64,000 nt of DNA. It comes from Antedon mediterranea (lineage: Eukaryota > Animalia > Echinodermata). The stretch spans positions 29,946,001-30,010,000 of the forward strand of contig NC_092674.1 in assembly GCF_964355755.1 (NCBI RefSeq). Direction: 5' to 3'. Shown here one piece after another: positions 1 through 14,400 of the stretch (position 1 is its first letter; each line of letters opens with the position of its first letter). A program made the position numbers and the translations under genes. The notes under the pieces are model-generated. The model did not search any database. It saw nothing but the letters and a program-made list of their open reading frames with translations, and had not been told where the DNA came from.

Positions 1-202
1 TCAAAAGAATTAGATTTTATAAAAACGTTTATTTTATTTATTCTGTGTGTGTTTAATTATTCTTGAAAACCCAGCAGCCCAGCTAGGGGTGCAAGAATTG
101 TACCCTCAGACAAGAAGCAATCTGATTGGCCAATACTTTCTATGTGTAAACTTCTTAAATGGGTAGGAAACAACTGATATATAATAATATTACTATCACT
201 GA

Positions 203-1579
203 TCAGTATATACAGTATTATGTATTATATACAGTATTATGTACAGTATTATGTATTATATACAGTATTATGTATTATATACAGTATTATGTATTATATA
301 CAGTATTATATACAGTATTATGTATTATATACAGTATTATGTATTATATACAGTATTATGTATTATATACAGTATTATGTATTGTATTATGTATTATATA
401 CAGTATTATGTATTATATACAGTATTATGTATTATATACAGTATTATGTATTATATACAGTATTATGTATTATATACAGTATTATGTATTATATACAGTA
501 TTATGTATTATATACAGTATTATGTATTATATACAGTATTATGTATTGTATTATGTATTATATACAGTATTATGTATTGTATTATGTATTATATACAGTA
601 TTATGTATTATATACAGTATTATATACAGTATTATGTATTATATACAGTATTATGTATTATATACAGTATTATGTATTATATACAGTATTATATACAGTA
701 TTATGTATTATATACAGTATTATGTATTATATACAGTATTATGTATTATATACAGTATTATGTATTGTATTATGTATTATATACAGTATTATGTATTATA
801 TACAGTATTATATACAGTATTATGTATTATATACAGTATTATGTATTATATACAGTATTATGTATTATATACAGTATTATGTACAGTATTATGTATTATA
901 TACAGTATTATGTATTATATACAGTATTATGTACAGTATTATGTATTATATACAGTATTATGTATTATATACAGTATTATATACAGTATTATGTACAGTA
1001 TTATGTATTATATACAGTATTATGTATTATATACAGTATTATGTATTATATACAGTATTATGTATTATATACAGTATTATATACAGTATTATGTATTATA
1101 TACAGTATTATGTATTATATACAGTATTATGTATTATATACAGTATTATGTATTATATACAGTATTATGTATTATATACAGTATTATGTATTGTATTATG
1201 TATTATATACAGTATTATGTATTATGTACAGTATTATGTATTATATACAGTATTATGTACAGTATTATGTATTATGTACAGTATTATGTATTATATACAG
1301 TATTATGTATTATATACAGTATTATGTATTATATACAGTATTATGTATTATATACAGTATTATGTATTATATACAGTATTATGTATTATATACAGTATTA
1401 TGTATTATATACAGTATTATGTATTATATACAGTATTATGTATTATATACAGTATTATGTATTATATACAGTATTATGTATTATATACAGTATTATGTAT
1501 TATATACAGTATTATGTATTATATACAGTATTATGTATTATATACAGTATTATGTATTATATACAGTATTATGTATTAT
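203..1579. repeat. AT-rich minisatellite, 19-bp unit CAGTATTATGTATTATATA with shorter variant units
   Basis: Direct tandem repetition over about 1.37 kb; it explains the three overlapping Y/I/C-rich ORFs. Confidence 0.97.
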
Positions 1580-2079
1580 TTTGTAATCTAAATAGGAGAA
1601 ATTCAAAAGGAATTTACTTTTAGTAAAGTAACTACAAAACAAAGAAAGCAAGTTTCCCATTACCATGTTTCCACATGTCCTTTTTAATTTAGTTATTGGT
1701 AAAATTAGCAGTTAATTCAGTTATTTTAATCACTTTACCATTTAACTGAAGTCATGCTTTGGTTACAGTATTTCTGCAGCATATGTTAAATCCATTGACA
1801 TGATACAGCTATTACATTTACATGTTGCACCTGTTATTTCTGATTAAGGTGTACTTTTTAATGAATTTCCCTTGTATCTGAAGGCTTTATTCATTTTACT
1901 ACTGAGAGTTATATATTGCAAAAGCGACTGTAGGAGAACATTGCCAAGCTTTTTGTTAACACTTGGTACTTGTTTGTACACTTAAGCACATAGGTCATAC
2001 AGTACCATCATTTAGCCAGTCAGATTGACATGACTTGAACCTCCTACCTTGATAGTCTGACCTTATTTTACAACTCCCT

Positions 2080-2515
2080 CTAGTCTGACCAGGGAATTGC
2101 AACTCCCTAGTCTGACCAGGGAATTGCAACTCCTTAGTCTGACCAGGGAATTGCAACTAGCTAATCTGACCAGGAAATTGCAACTCCCTAGTCTGACCTA
2201 CTGTACAACCAGGGAGTTGCAGCTCCCTAGTCTGCCCTCTGACCAGGGAATTGCAACTCCCTAGTCTGACTAGGGAATTGCGACTCCCTAGTCTGACCAA
2301 GGAATTGAAACTCCCTAGTCTCAACAGGCAATTGGAACTCCCTAGTCTGACCAGGGAATTGCAACTTCCTAGTCTGACCAGGGAATTTCAACTCTTTAGT
2401 CTGACCAGGGAATTGCAACTCTCCAGTCTGACCAGGGAATTTCAACTCTCTTGCCTGACCAGGGAATTGAAACTCTCTAGTCTGACCAGGGAAGTGCAAC
2501 TCCCTGGTGAGACCT
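2080..2515. repeat. 27-bp minisatellite CTAGTCTGACCAGGGAATTGCAACTCC
   Basis: About 15 imperfect tandem copies. Confidence 0.95.
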
Positions 2516-2534
2516 AAGTGTATACATAGATTAC

Positions 2535-2658
2535 CTTTCTCTGTTGGTAGTAGAGTGATGGATTCATCTTTACTAATCTTGATGTGTTCATATTTACAAT
2601 CTTGCTGTTTATATTTGTCTGACTGGGTAGTTGATAAACCTATGCACACCTCCTCCAT
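2535..2658 (-). CDS. Possible first coding exon of an unidentified minus-strand gene running out of the window (MEEVCIG...PTEK)
   Basis: Acceptor tccaccag/cag/cag just upstream of the ATG at 2658; donor AAG/gtaatc at 2535; a candidate upstream exon ends CAG/gtaaag at 3520. No recognisable homology. Confidence 0.25.
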
Positions 2659-3101
2659 ACTGCTGCTGGTGGAGATTAAACTATTAATATTTAATTTACT
2701 CAAAGGTTAAGATTAAAATAAAATGTAATACTGTAACATTTTTGTGAGAAATCTATACTCTTCGGCAAGTTTGTGTAAGTTATCTTATCTTTTTTTTAAA
2801 GCATGTGTACGAAATATATTGATGAAGGTTTTTGTGTGTTCCTAGCCTATGTGTTTGTTATTATTATAGAAGGGTGTTCGTAAAACTTTTATTATTAACT
2901 TCAGGCTGTGAGTTTATTCAAGCTATCATCTTTTTTTTAGGTCGTTTAATTTTTTCATTATTCGAATGATGATGGCTCAAGTAAGGGTGGTAAGGACCAA
3001 GGTAGACATTCAAATATGAACTTGAACTATATGACCAACTGAATTGGAGAGAGGAAGGTACACTTACACTGCTACCGTACTATCCAACACTAGAGTTTAC
3101 T

Positions 3102-3188
3102 GCTACTACTACTACTAGGCCTACTACTACTACTAGGCCTACAGGCTACACTCTAGGCCTACTACTATACTTATACTACTACTACTAC

Positions 3189-3219
<31 letters not shown>

Positions 3220-3220
3220 G
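3102..3220. repeat. (TAC)n microsatellite interspersed with TAGGCCTA
   Basis: Directly visible. Confidence 0.9.
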
Positions 3221-4589
3221 TAAAACCAAGCCGGGACCTCCTCGTTTCGCTCCACGCACACCCATACTGGCTACTTATTTAGGCTAGGCCTACTTTTAAT
3301 ACTATCTGGGGGAGGGAGCGAGAGGCCATTTGTTGTAGCCTGGCCCTAGTAGCTAGTAGTAGTATTGTCTATATAGGCCTTATAAGTATAGTGTATTAGA
3401 TTTAGAAGTTAGGCCTAGAGAGTTATTTAGCGCGTTTTTTAAAGCTGTTGAACAAAAAGACTAAACAAATCATTAACATTATTCTCTAATATTTCATGGA
3501 TCGTCCTGTTTTACTTTACCTGGTCGACCAATTGGGAAATTGGTTGAAACATAGAGAAATTAATTAATTAAATTCTCCCTTTCGTGGTTTGAAAAAAAAA
3601 AACCACAATCGTGTATTATTGTAGTTTCCACAACCAGACGTCTAAGCGTATCTAACTAAAAAAAACACAAACTCATCATCGTGTCGCCTATAGATGGCGA
3701 CGTTTCATTTTTTGGTAACAACTGCAAATAAAATACGGTGAGGATAAAACTTTATTTTTTTAGTGGAGAAATATAAATCTATACTTAGATTTCATTAATT
3801 TAATTGTTTGGTAGCTCCGCCGATTGTGCAAAACGATACTATAATGAATAAACATGTGTAAATTATTTAATTAAATGACCATGTATTAATCAAATGGTAA
3901 ATTCTACTCAAAAGTGAAATGATTTAGAAGATGTTTGTTTATTCATATCTCATACTCATTTGACATTTTCTTTACCAACAGCCAAAGGTAATACAAAAAA
4001 AAAAAGATAAGGAACGGTAATAATAATAAAACAAACAGAAAAAAATAAATTTGGGTGTATCCATAGTCACAGGGTGTATGATGTCTATGGAGTATTTTGG
4101 GGCTTCATGTTTCATAACAGTTACATTAAATCCTTAAAAAGGCAGTTGACAGAAAGCGTGTGAAATTCGTGCTTCGCTGCTAACATGGAATCCCAAAATA
4201 AGCAGATAGGTAATGTCTAACAATAACGCGCGAAATTGTGCCTGGTCGCGCGAAAATAATCTTTGTTTTGAATTACATCACTCTTATATTTAGATTTTTA
4301 CAACGAATTCTTACGAATGCTGCAATCTCATTGGCCACATCAAAAATTCCTGACGTAAAATGTAGCGTTCTATGACAGTAGGAAGAATATACATTTGATC
4401 ATCACAACATCAGTTTATTTTTTCCAAACCACAATACATTCAAGATGATATATAATATCAAAACAGCAACACAATTCGTAGAAAAAATTATGCACGCATA
4501 TGATAGTATATATTTCGCTTTATTCTATTTAATAATTGCCACTAGACACACATTTGAATTATTATTCATTGAACACAGGTCGTAATATA

Positions 4590-5382
4590 CAGCTGGTGGT
4601 ACACGTTTACCTTACTCTCTCGCCATGCCAACTGATCAGCTGATTACCGTAGTAGGAAACCGCATAACAAGGGTGTGTATTGGATTATTTTAGTGTGTGA
4701 AACAAATAGTTCCATAATGCATTTACGATTTTAAACACGTCGACGCATTTACATTCGTTACAATTGTACAAATAAATAAAAATAATTATAAAGTATGTAA
4801 TAACAGTAAAAAATTGGATCTCGCTGAACACATTGTTAAAATATGATTCTTTGTTTATGTCTGGTTTGTGCGGCTGAACATAACGGTGCGCCGTCTCGCA
4901 GCTGACTCTTTGACCAGCTGTTTCCCGCCAATGATATACTTACTACGCTACAACACCACGCCGATCGGAAATATATCAACTGCGGTTTTCTATTATATTT
5001 TGCTTTCTTGGAGTTTTACACTAAAAATTGCAAGTACATGGCGTACTTTATGAAACGAATGGAAAAAGAAGAGAAGGAGCTGCTCTCTTCAACAATCAAG
5101 GCAAAAACTGTAGTCGTTCCGCCGTACAATCATCATGGGAACAGGTTTGGTTTTTTAAATTTCGTTTTTGCATGAAAAATAAAATACACAAACTTAACAT
5201 TGCAATTTTCTAACCGCAACTTACCGAGCCGACATATTTTCCATTAAACTATATAGAAAATATATTAGAGTTATTATGTTGGTATTTTACTGGTTCTGAA
5301 ATATTGCATTTTCGTTAAAAAATAGGAGATCAACGAGTAGCTAATTTACCCGGTTTGTTGTGATGTGTGAGAGTACCACGTG
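4590..5382 (+). promoter_or_regulatory. Putative TFAP4 promoter region with clustered E-boxes
   Basis: CAGCTG at 4590, 4637, 4899 and 4915; CACGTG at 5377; CpG-richer than the flanks. Confidence 0.45.
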
Positions 5383-5820
5383 CTAGAGAGCGCGTCGCAT
5401 TTCATTCATGAAATTGAGTGAATGTTTACTAAAATAAATAGGGGATAAAAACAATAACATTGTTTGTTTATGTGGTTATTAATATTCTACACTAATGCAT
5501 TAAACCACAGAGTGCGTAGATACGTTGATTTACGAAGTTTAGTATTTTTAAGTAATTTTTCTTTGATTGCAATTCTGCTGTTTGTCGGCGTGCTCGATGA
5601 GAGGACTCGCCCACCACGCTGGATTTTAGCTGAGTTGAGCATGATGAATGTGCGAGGCGGCGGTGTGATGATTTGCTCTCTGTGCTGCGGCAACGATTTT
5701 GCTTTGTCATCTTTCACAAAGATGGCTAGCTTTTAGCATCTATGCTCAGTGATTTAGGCTAATGTAGTTTAGTCGGTGCAGTATATTTTAACATTCAGTG
5801 GATGTCGTATTGAGTACAAC

Positions 5821-5831
5821 ATGCACTGTAA
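5821..5831 (+). CDS. TFAP4: Candidate TFAP4 start exon (ATG CAC TGT AA / gtaagc)
   Basis: Phase-2 donor compatible with the phase-2 acceptor at 11460, giving MHCN-SPVHK; in-frame stop upstream. An alternative candidate exists near 9460-9491. Confidence 0.35.
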
Positions 5832-8800
5832 GTAAGCATATTTTAGTGTAAATAAAATCATGACAAAATATAGGTGTGGTGGGTGGGTTTATGTTGTTCT
5901 CTGTAAGTAGTGTCACCAGGACTCAGGAGGGAGGCAGGCCTATTATGTCAGTGTCAGCCTATTATTATTAAATGAGGCTATGGTGGTTTTAGGTATTTGA
6001 GGTTCTAGATAGAAAAGAGGCCTAAAAAAGAGCAGTATCTACTGTATAAACTTTTGATTGAAATACTGTACTGGTGGTGGTATTGACATTTTTTTATTTT
6101 GAATTTGATGAAAACTTCCCAACCAAAAATACTGGTGGTATTACAGTACTTGCTTGATATTGGTAAATAATACTGATTATGGGTAGGTTGGTTTTATGTT
6201 CATAAGAATTAATCTAGGATAGGAGGAGGCTAGACCTAGTCCACAAGGATAGATATTATCTTAAAATAATATTATTATACTATTCTATAGTTTAGTATAA
6301 TAATATAAAAATTAAAAATGTATCAATTCAAACTCGTACTCTATAGACTACAGTAGGGCCTATTTTGAAAAAATAAATTTTCAAAACAATTTACAATTAA
6401 TGACATTGAATGTTGAATGTAAACATTAAAAGTAGTAAATTATGTTTTTAAACTGTGTCCTTTATTGACATGAATGCTAAATAAATTTTAATGTACAGTA
6501 CCTGTAAATTGCGTGGGTGGTTTATAATTTATTATAATATATTTATGCTTCATTGTTGGGTTAGTGTCCAGAGAGGAACAAACGTCTTATAACAGAAATT
6601 TTTTCTTCTATATCAATGGGATTAACCATGGATTAAAATTGATTAACAAAGAATAATTAGAAATGAAAAAAAAAAAAAAAAATTCTGCAGCTGACGAACT
6701 AGTTAGAACAAGTACTACTACTAGAGCAATGTTACTCACTGTATTTTTATTTGCCATGTATGATGCATTTAATTTAAAAATATTATAAATTATAGTATAT
6801 ACTAAGATAATGTAAAATTATTTTATTCTTATGACAGTGATAATTAGTTAATTCAGTCCAGCAATTTATAAAATAATTTAAAAATAGGTCATTATTAATT
6901 TAATATCTACAGTACACCACCATAGTGCCAAATCTGGCTCAGTGCCAAATTGGATTGTACCATTATTGAATAGGGAAGGATTAATATTAATCTGCAAAGA
7001 CATAACATATATAAACTGCTAGAATTGTGAAATGGTAATTTTACTGAAAAAGTATGTTACCTCCTCTAACTATTCTGTAATTATAACTTTTATCTATTGC
7101 AAATAAAACAATAATTCAGTACTTTTTTTCATAAAATTGTTATACAATAAGGATGGTTTTAAAGAATAATGGGATATTAACAATGATGAAACTAGAATAT
7201 TACATAATGAAATAAAATGGATTCTTCGGATTATTATAGATTTGTTTAAAACAATTTTAAGCCAAAGGTTTTTATTTGACCTTGCACATGACCATATTAG
7301 GTATTTTAGAATTTACATTTTTTTGCCATTTTTGCTTGTTTCCTGTAGGCAGGTGGGTCTGTGTCAAGTAGTAATTGTAAAGTGTGCCATGATTGATGAT
7401 GTAGCTATGAGTAAAGAATATTTCCTCTGCTGTAGCTAAGCTGACATTTCCGCCAATTGCTCTTTCTCGTTCGATATAAATATAAATTTTACCAAAGACA
7501 TTTTTTTTCCAAATGTTAGGAAAATGTGTAGCTTTCTATTGTAAATATTATTCATTTTCAATGTATTATAAGAAATAAAATATTTATTTGTCATCAAACA
7601 TTTAATTTACTTTTAATTCAAGTATTATTTTACAAAGATTGTTTATTATCTTTTTGAAATCACAATTATTTGTGTGTTTTAATTGGTCGTTAATTGCAAT
7701 ACCTCTTAACTGTCCTGAAAAGTTCCCCCGTGAATTGTTATGCTTACAATCTCAAGGCTGAGGCAGTATTCTATCTACTGTATTACTAGAGAATCAGTAG
7801 TAGTAACGTTAATTTGTTGATGAGTAAAAAGAATTAATTAAGTATGCCAGCAGCAATGACCATTTCACAGTATTGGTAAACAAGACGGATATCCCTTTGT
7901 CTTCATGGCTTTTGTGTTGTTCTAGCGGGTATCACTAACAGATATTATTATTACAATCTCGTGCAATCACAATACAGCTTTTTTTAGTCAGCTGTTTTTC
8001 ACCTGTCTCGACGCGACGCCTTCTAATTAGATTGATTCTGAAGCTGAATCAGTTCGTTAATTAATCAATTGTCTTCTACTGTATCATCAGTAATAATAAT
8101 AAAGTTGGCAGTCGTATGGTTTATAGTCGTTTTGCATATCGTGACTTCATAGAATTTATTTTGAAATTGAATAATAAACTTAACTCTAATAATACATTTT
8201 TTAAATTAATAAAACTAATTTTTTTAACGATTAATTTTTTTTATGATTCAGTTAATATGTTGTTAATACATTTTTTAAATTAATAAAACTTTTATTTTTT
8301 TGTTTACAATTTATTTTTTTTATGATTCAGTATACAGTATTACTGTGTACTGTACCCTTTTCTGGTTTTCGGAAAGTTTCTGATAGTAATTAATTAATAG
8401 AAAGAACGATTTGTATGGCGATCAGTTTCTAAAAAGCGGAAAAGGAAACTTAAATGCAAAGCAAACAAATGCTTTTTCAAATGATCTTTTTTCTTTCCAC
8501 ACAAAACAGATAAGTTTGATGACATTCCATGCATATTTTAGGTCCTCTTTGCCCTCGTTTTTTTGTGTCAAGTTCTTTCATTTTTATTCCTGCTTTGTGT
8601 ACATTGCATTGTCAGTGCTTCAAACAAAAACAGTGAATTACAATTACATAAAGTGGGATGAGGACAAAAATAAATATTATGCTGTGTAAATTATTCACAA
8701 ATAAATCAATTTAATTAAAAAAATTTCATTTAAAATTATTTTCCTTTTATCTATTTTGTTGTGTAATGTTTGGAATGCGAAGTGGATTAAAATCCTGTAT

Positions 8801-11459
8801 ATTTTGTTCACCCCTACTCCAAAAATGAAAGTACCCAAAAACTTTTAATAGACATTTTTAGAGTTCTTTGGATACCATTTGCCACCTTCAGATGCCTCAA
8901 GCAAAGGAGAGGCTTTTGTCCCCTAGACCTTGGGACAGAAGTTCATAAACTGCTGCATCATCACACCATCTGATCAGCTTAGGAAGTCCAGGGTCAGACC
9001 AAAGGTCACATTATTTGGTTACATGACAATACAGTATAAATTAATAGGTTAATAAATACTACCATGGAGGTATTGTAGATCTGGTTATCAGCTTTACCTT
9101 GGGTTATCCCCCTCCTTCAGGACACTGGTTGAGAGTGGTGGTGGGGAGGGGTCTTTTGTGTGTTTGTGTCTATTTAAATTTAACCAATTTATCCCACTTT
9201 AGGCCTCAAAATCATGTAATCTTTATTTTGGAAGTATGCCAGAATAGGCTGAGAACTTTACCTGGGCAACTTTTCCTTATTCTCATTGGTGGGATAGAAA
9301 TTTAACGACAGACGAAGAATTTTTCCCAAGTCGAGGAATGTAACCAGTCTGGCCCACCTAGCGTAGTTTGTGAACTGTTTACTTTCCACCATCCCATCGT
9401 GAGAGTACGTACTGTCGGATTTTTTTTTGCTTTATTGCCAACCTAGATTTAAAAAAAAGATGATTTCCGTTTCATGTGTCTGCTCATGTTAGTGAGTCAC
9501 TAGTTTCACTTTAGTTTTGAAACATAGATTATGTTTTAAAATGTATGTTGCCCTGATTTTAAGTTTTATTTGACCTGATGATAGTATTTTGGTTTCAACG
9601 TCGAACACTAATCTAGTCTCTTCCAGTCTATGTTAAGTTCTTGCTTAGTCAGATTTTGTAAACTGTTCCCACTCCAACCAACCTGGGGTATATGTCTTGG
9701 GAAATTGACATACCTTTTTTGATTGCACTGTCAAGGGTCATTTAAACATTTTTGGTCTTGGGTACTGATCAGAACCCCCCACTAATATTTGATTATTTGA
9801 ACTGTATTTCAACTGTGCTTTAGAATTGATTTTATTTTCATTTGTGTTCATTGAACCGTTGCAACAGCAGCTGACCCAGCCAACCACCTATCACTGACCA
9901 TAAAATGAACTCTGTGATCACATTACAGTGTAGACATTACAGCAAGCACTCTCTATTGAACTTTAAGAGATTACCATTCTCTGCCTTCTAAGCTTGTTCT
10001 GTCTGCTTAAAAATCTTATGGCCTAGCTTACTGTAACATTCTAATTGGGAGGTTAATATAATAAGGTTGTGTTTTGATTGGCTAGGTCAAGCAAGACAGC
10101 TGTTATAGAGCTGGCCAGACATGGAATTTAATTTGGTGATGAGCCTATAGTACATGTGTGATACCAGAACACCTAGTCGCTTTGTTATCGTCAGATAGAT
10201 CAATATTATAATATTGCATGAGCATGTGAAATGGTGTAATGGTGTTGGAACATGTTGTAAATAATTGCATTAATTGTGTCCTTGTTTGGTGTGAAGTCAA
10301 ATTAAGTCAATCAGGATAGTAATAATAGCTAAAGTAGCATACATCATACATAGTTTGTATGCTAGCCACATTTGTATCTAAGACTGTGGTTACAAAATGT
10401 TAAGTACTTTAAAACTGAGTATAAATTGTGCAACACCTGAATACAGGTACAGCACCTCAAAATTGCCACCCATTTAAAATTATTTTTGCTGCTGACTTAC
10501 AAATTTCTATAAATATCCCAAGTTTTTTTCAACATTTTAATGACATGCACAGTACTGTAGCATATTTTGTAAACAGTGTCGTCTCAATGCGCTGTGGACT
10601 TGTTTATTTACTCCATTTTAATGATCACTGACACCTGAACTAGTTAACTTACTATAGGGTTATTTTCCAAATTTATAATGCAATTAACTTATGATAATTT
10701 GATATATTCAATTTAAATTAAATTAAAAACCCCACAAGTACTTCAGAAATGATTCATCATCATCCAATATAATTTGATTAAATTTCAACAAGTGAGTCAG
10801 TCACTTGTTCGCGGTTTTCCTTCAAAATTTGCAACAGTTTGGTTGCAGTTTTATAAGTCTGTTTTAAACGTTTCTGTCTGTTCTAACATCATTTAAAGTC
10901 TGTGCTAGCGATTTGATCTCTATATTTAGTATCATTTCAACAGATGGACTAGCTACTTTTGCCATATGGACAATTCATGCTTAATTACACTGGAAAAAAG
11001 GGTTGTTTAGTAATTAGACAAGTATTAATACTGAATAGTAAAGCCGGTAATTAATGTTTGTATGTAGAGTCAACAATTTATTTTTTAGTAAATAAAAAAA
11101 AAATTTCTGTATTTCCAACCCCTGCTGATAATTCACTTATTGTACAACTTTACAATTTCATTTAGCTTTTTTTATGCTTTTTTATTTATTTTTTATTATC
11201 TCCATTGAAATCCAGGCTAATACCTATAGCATTGTACGTTTTCTGTAATTCGGATTTATAAAATTAAATCAAATTTTATTTTAGAATTTGATTAAATAAA
11301 AAGAACTGTTCGAACATACTGTACTTTATATATTAAAATTAAACTACAATTGGTTTAATCACCTTATTTAAAATTAATTTATTAATTAAAAATGACTCGA
11401 TTTGCCAAGTGCTGTATTATATAGGTTAATGTGTATTGACTTTTTTTCTCTTTTAACAG

Positions 11460-14400
11460 CAGTCCTGTTCACAAAGATTCAGAGAAGCGGGTACGAAGAG
11501 AGATTGCCAATAGCAACGAGAGACGACGGATGCAGAGTATTAACGCAGGGTTCCAATCGTTGAAGACCCTCATACCACATAGCGATGGCGAAAAGCTTAG
11601 TAAAGTAAGTAATACAAGTATGATTGAATATTAGATTGGATGCTTGCTAACAAGATTAAAGTACCGTAGGCAAAAAAAAACGTTTCAAAACACAAACTAC
11701 TCTAGTTAGTAAAATAAAAAACAAGTTTAAATTAGCTTTTAATTGGTAATCCCACCAACTTGAACATTGGACAAAATGTATAATTTCATGTTCCTAAAGA
11801 CACCCACTCCAAATATCACCTGGCTTAAGATTTCTAAGAAACTTGTATTATAAACTTTATGTACAGTGTTATACCATTTGTGTCATATTTAAAATTCTAA
11901 TAAACCACCACCACACTGTAAGTAAACAAACCACAAAATAACTTCCTCAAGTGCAATGTTGATGTTGTATTTGAGATATGTGTTTCATTGTTGTTGGCAC
12001 ATACTCTCTGGATCTGATCTATTAGTATTAATAGCACAAATGCAATTGAATTCCGTTTTGTAAACAATACCGATTTTGTGTGGGAAAAACCCAGATATGC
12101 AGAATTGTCACACAAGGTTTGCTTTTAGGAAGTAGGCTTTATTTAATACTTGTATTATTGCACATGATGGCATTCATATGATTTAATCTAATTTATGCAA
12201 TAAGTTATCTGAGGTCTTGTTGAATGTTTGATTATAATATAATGTGTTTTTGATAACCATTTCCTTGTTAGTATTGTACAGTATAAAACTTGTTTGTTGG
12301 TAAAATCTTATCATTTTAACAGTAGTTGTGGGAGGCGTTGTCTGTCTGATAAATGTTTCATCCAACCCATTTTGGAAATTAAGCTCTGTCTACACAATTA
12401 AACTGTATGTGTAAAAAAATGATGTGCTCATATATGGACATGATGATGTCATGTCATCACTACCATATTTGGGCATATCACTACCATATTTGGGCACATC
12501 ACACTAAATATGTCAAACAAGTTGTTTGATAGTGTAGAAATTGAGATTTAGAATGCCTATTAGTCTATATGGCCTATTGCCTATAAGTATTTTAATTTAT
12601 ATTCAATAACATTAACACTGTATTAAAATCAGAATGTTATTTTTTATTTGAAATTTGACCAGAAAAGAAATAGGAAAATCTAATTAGCGTACTTAAATTT
12701 TATACCGAGCGGTGGTATACGACTATTACCATTGTACCAATGTCACATGGTTGCTTAGCATGTGACAGAAGTCGTCGCATTCTCAAATATACGCAGGTAG
12801 TTTTAATGACGACACTAAGAATCACATGATTTGACCGAGATTGGTTGCCAAGTCACAATCTTGGTTTAAGTGTTTGTTCTGGCATAAGTCCAGTAAACCA
12901 AACAGTTGGTAGACATTTAATAAATCCAACAAAACATTGAGCATTTTATGAACTATTATTGCAAAACTATTAATATCTCATTTACCTACTGTACTAGATA
13001 CATCTGCTGTACCCCTACGACGATCACCATGGTCATGGGACAACTAACTAACTAACGAGATATAATTATTCTATCAATCCCTACGAAAGGGGTCAATACA
13101 TTCGCTATCACAACATGCTTTGAATTAAACTTGTATTAAGGCCGTTTATTTTAATCTATAGTTTTTTCAAAGTTACAGTATATAATCTTTATAGTTAAGT
13201 TAGTTAGTTTTAACAGGGAATAATTTCGCCAGTGTAGCATAGCAAAAAGCTATACAAAACAACCTTCTTGCTACACATTTCTACAATTGTGTAGCAAAAA
13301 ATACGATAGAAAACTATGTTTCTTGACTCAAAAATCAGTTTGATTAGCAATATTGCTAAACAAAATTTTAAAATGAAATTTTTCCCGGAGTTATATTTAA
13401 AAAGCCATACAGTATTCTGTGAACAAATTGATTTACAATTAAAACAGTGGTACAGAATGATATATGACCCTCATTTATGGACCACATCCAGGTAAATAGC
13501 TATACCTGGAATCCATATACCCAAGGTCTTGTTATACAATACAAGATCAAAGTATTACATTATATTGATTATGTAATAATGTATTGTGCAATGTGAAATC
13601 CAATCGCAAACGTACATAAAGTACTCTCACCATTTTTAAAAAAAATATCTTTTTTAAAGAAATATACATCTCAACTCTCATCCATCACCTAAACACAAAT
13701 ACTTTATTTTTTATTGTACTCGGAAAATTAAAAACTTAAACAATACAATACTTCAAAAATATGACATCCTTGGCATACCAGACATGGTCATGTGATGATA
13801 TTGTTTACTCTACATGTGTGTTTTTCATGCTTCGTTTGATAATCCTTCAATACCATTCACAGACAGTCAGATCAAAGTTCCCATGGCTGCCATGTAAACA
13901 AAATGAGATAGATGGTCAAAGGAAATATTATAGTATTATAAAATGTTACTGTTTTATGAACATAGGTACAAATTGTATAAGATTAAATGGGTTATGTGTT
14001 CACCCTACTCTGAGTACATATGAGAATACTCATCAAACCAATGACCTCCAAATCACTAGCCTGGTGTTCATACCTCTAGACCATTGAGCTACGTTAGGGT
14101 TAGATTCAAGCCTAAGTCAGCACTGGGTACTGTACCAACCGGATGATAATTAACTTGACCCTTTGACGCAAAGTAACCTCAGAAATGCCTAATTAGTAAT
14201 ACAGTAGTACAAACATAAGTTTTTTATATAAAGAAAATAACAATTGATTTATCGTTTATTTGTTGTTAGGCTGCTATTCTTCAACAAACTGCTGAGCATA
14301 TCTCACGAATGGAGCAGGAAAAAACGCAATTATTGCGAGAAAATGTACAGTTAAAGAGATTGGTAGCAAGATACGAACGAGGAGAAATTGATTCTCCCTC

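Noticed and set aside
159-1623. Three long ORFs (450-475 aa) rich in Y/I/C/V
   Set aside because: They are translations of a stop-free 19-bp minisatellite in all three frames.
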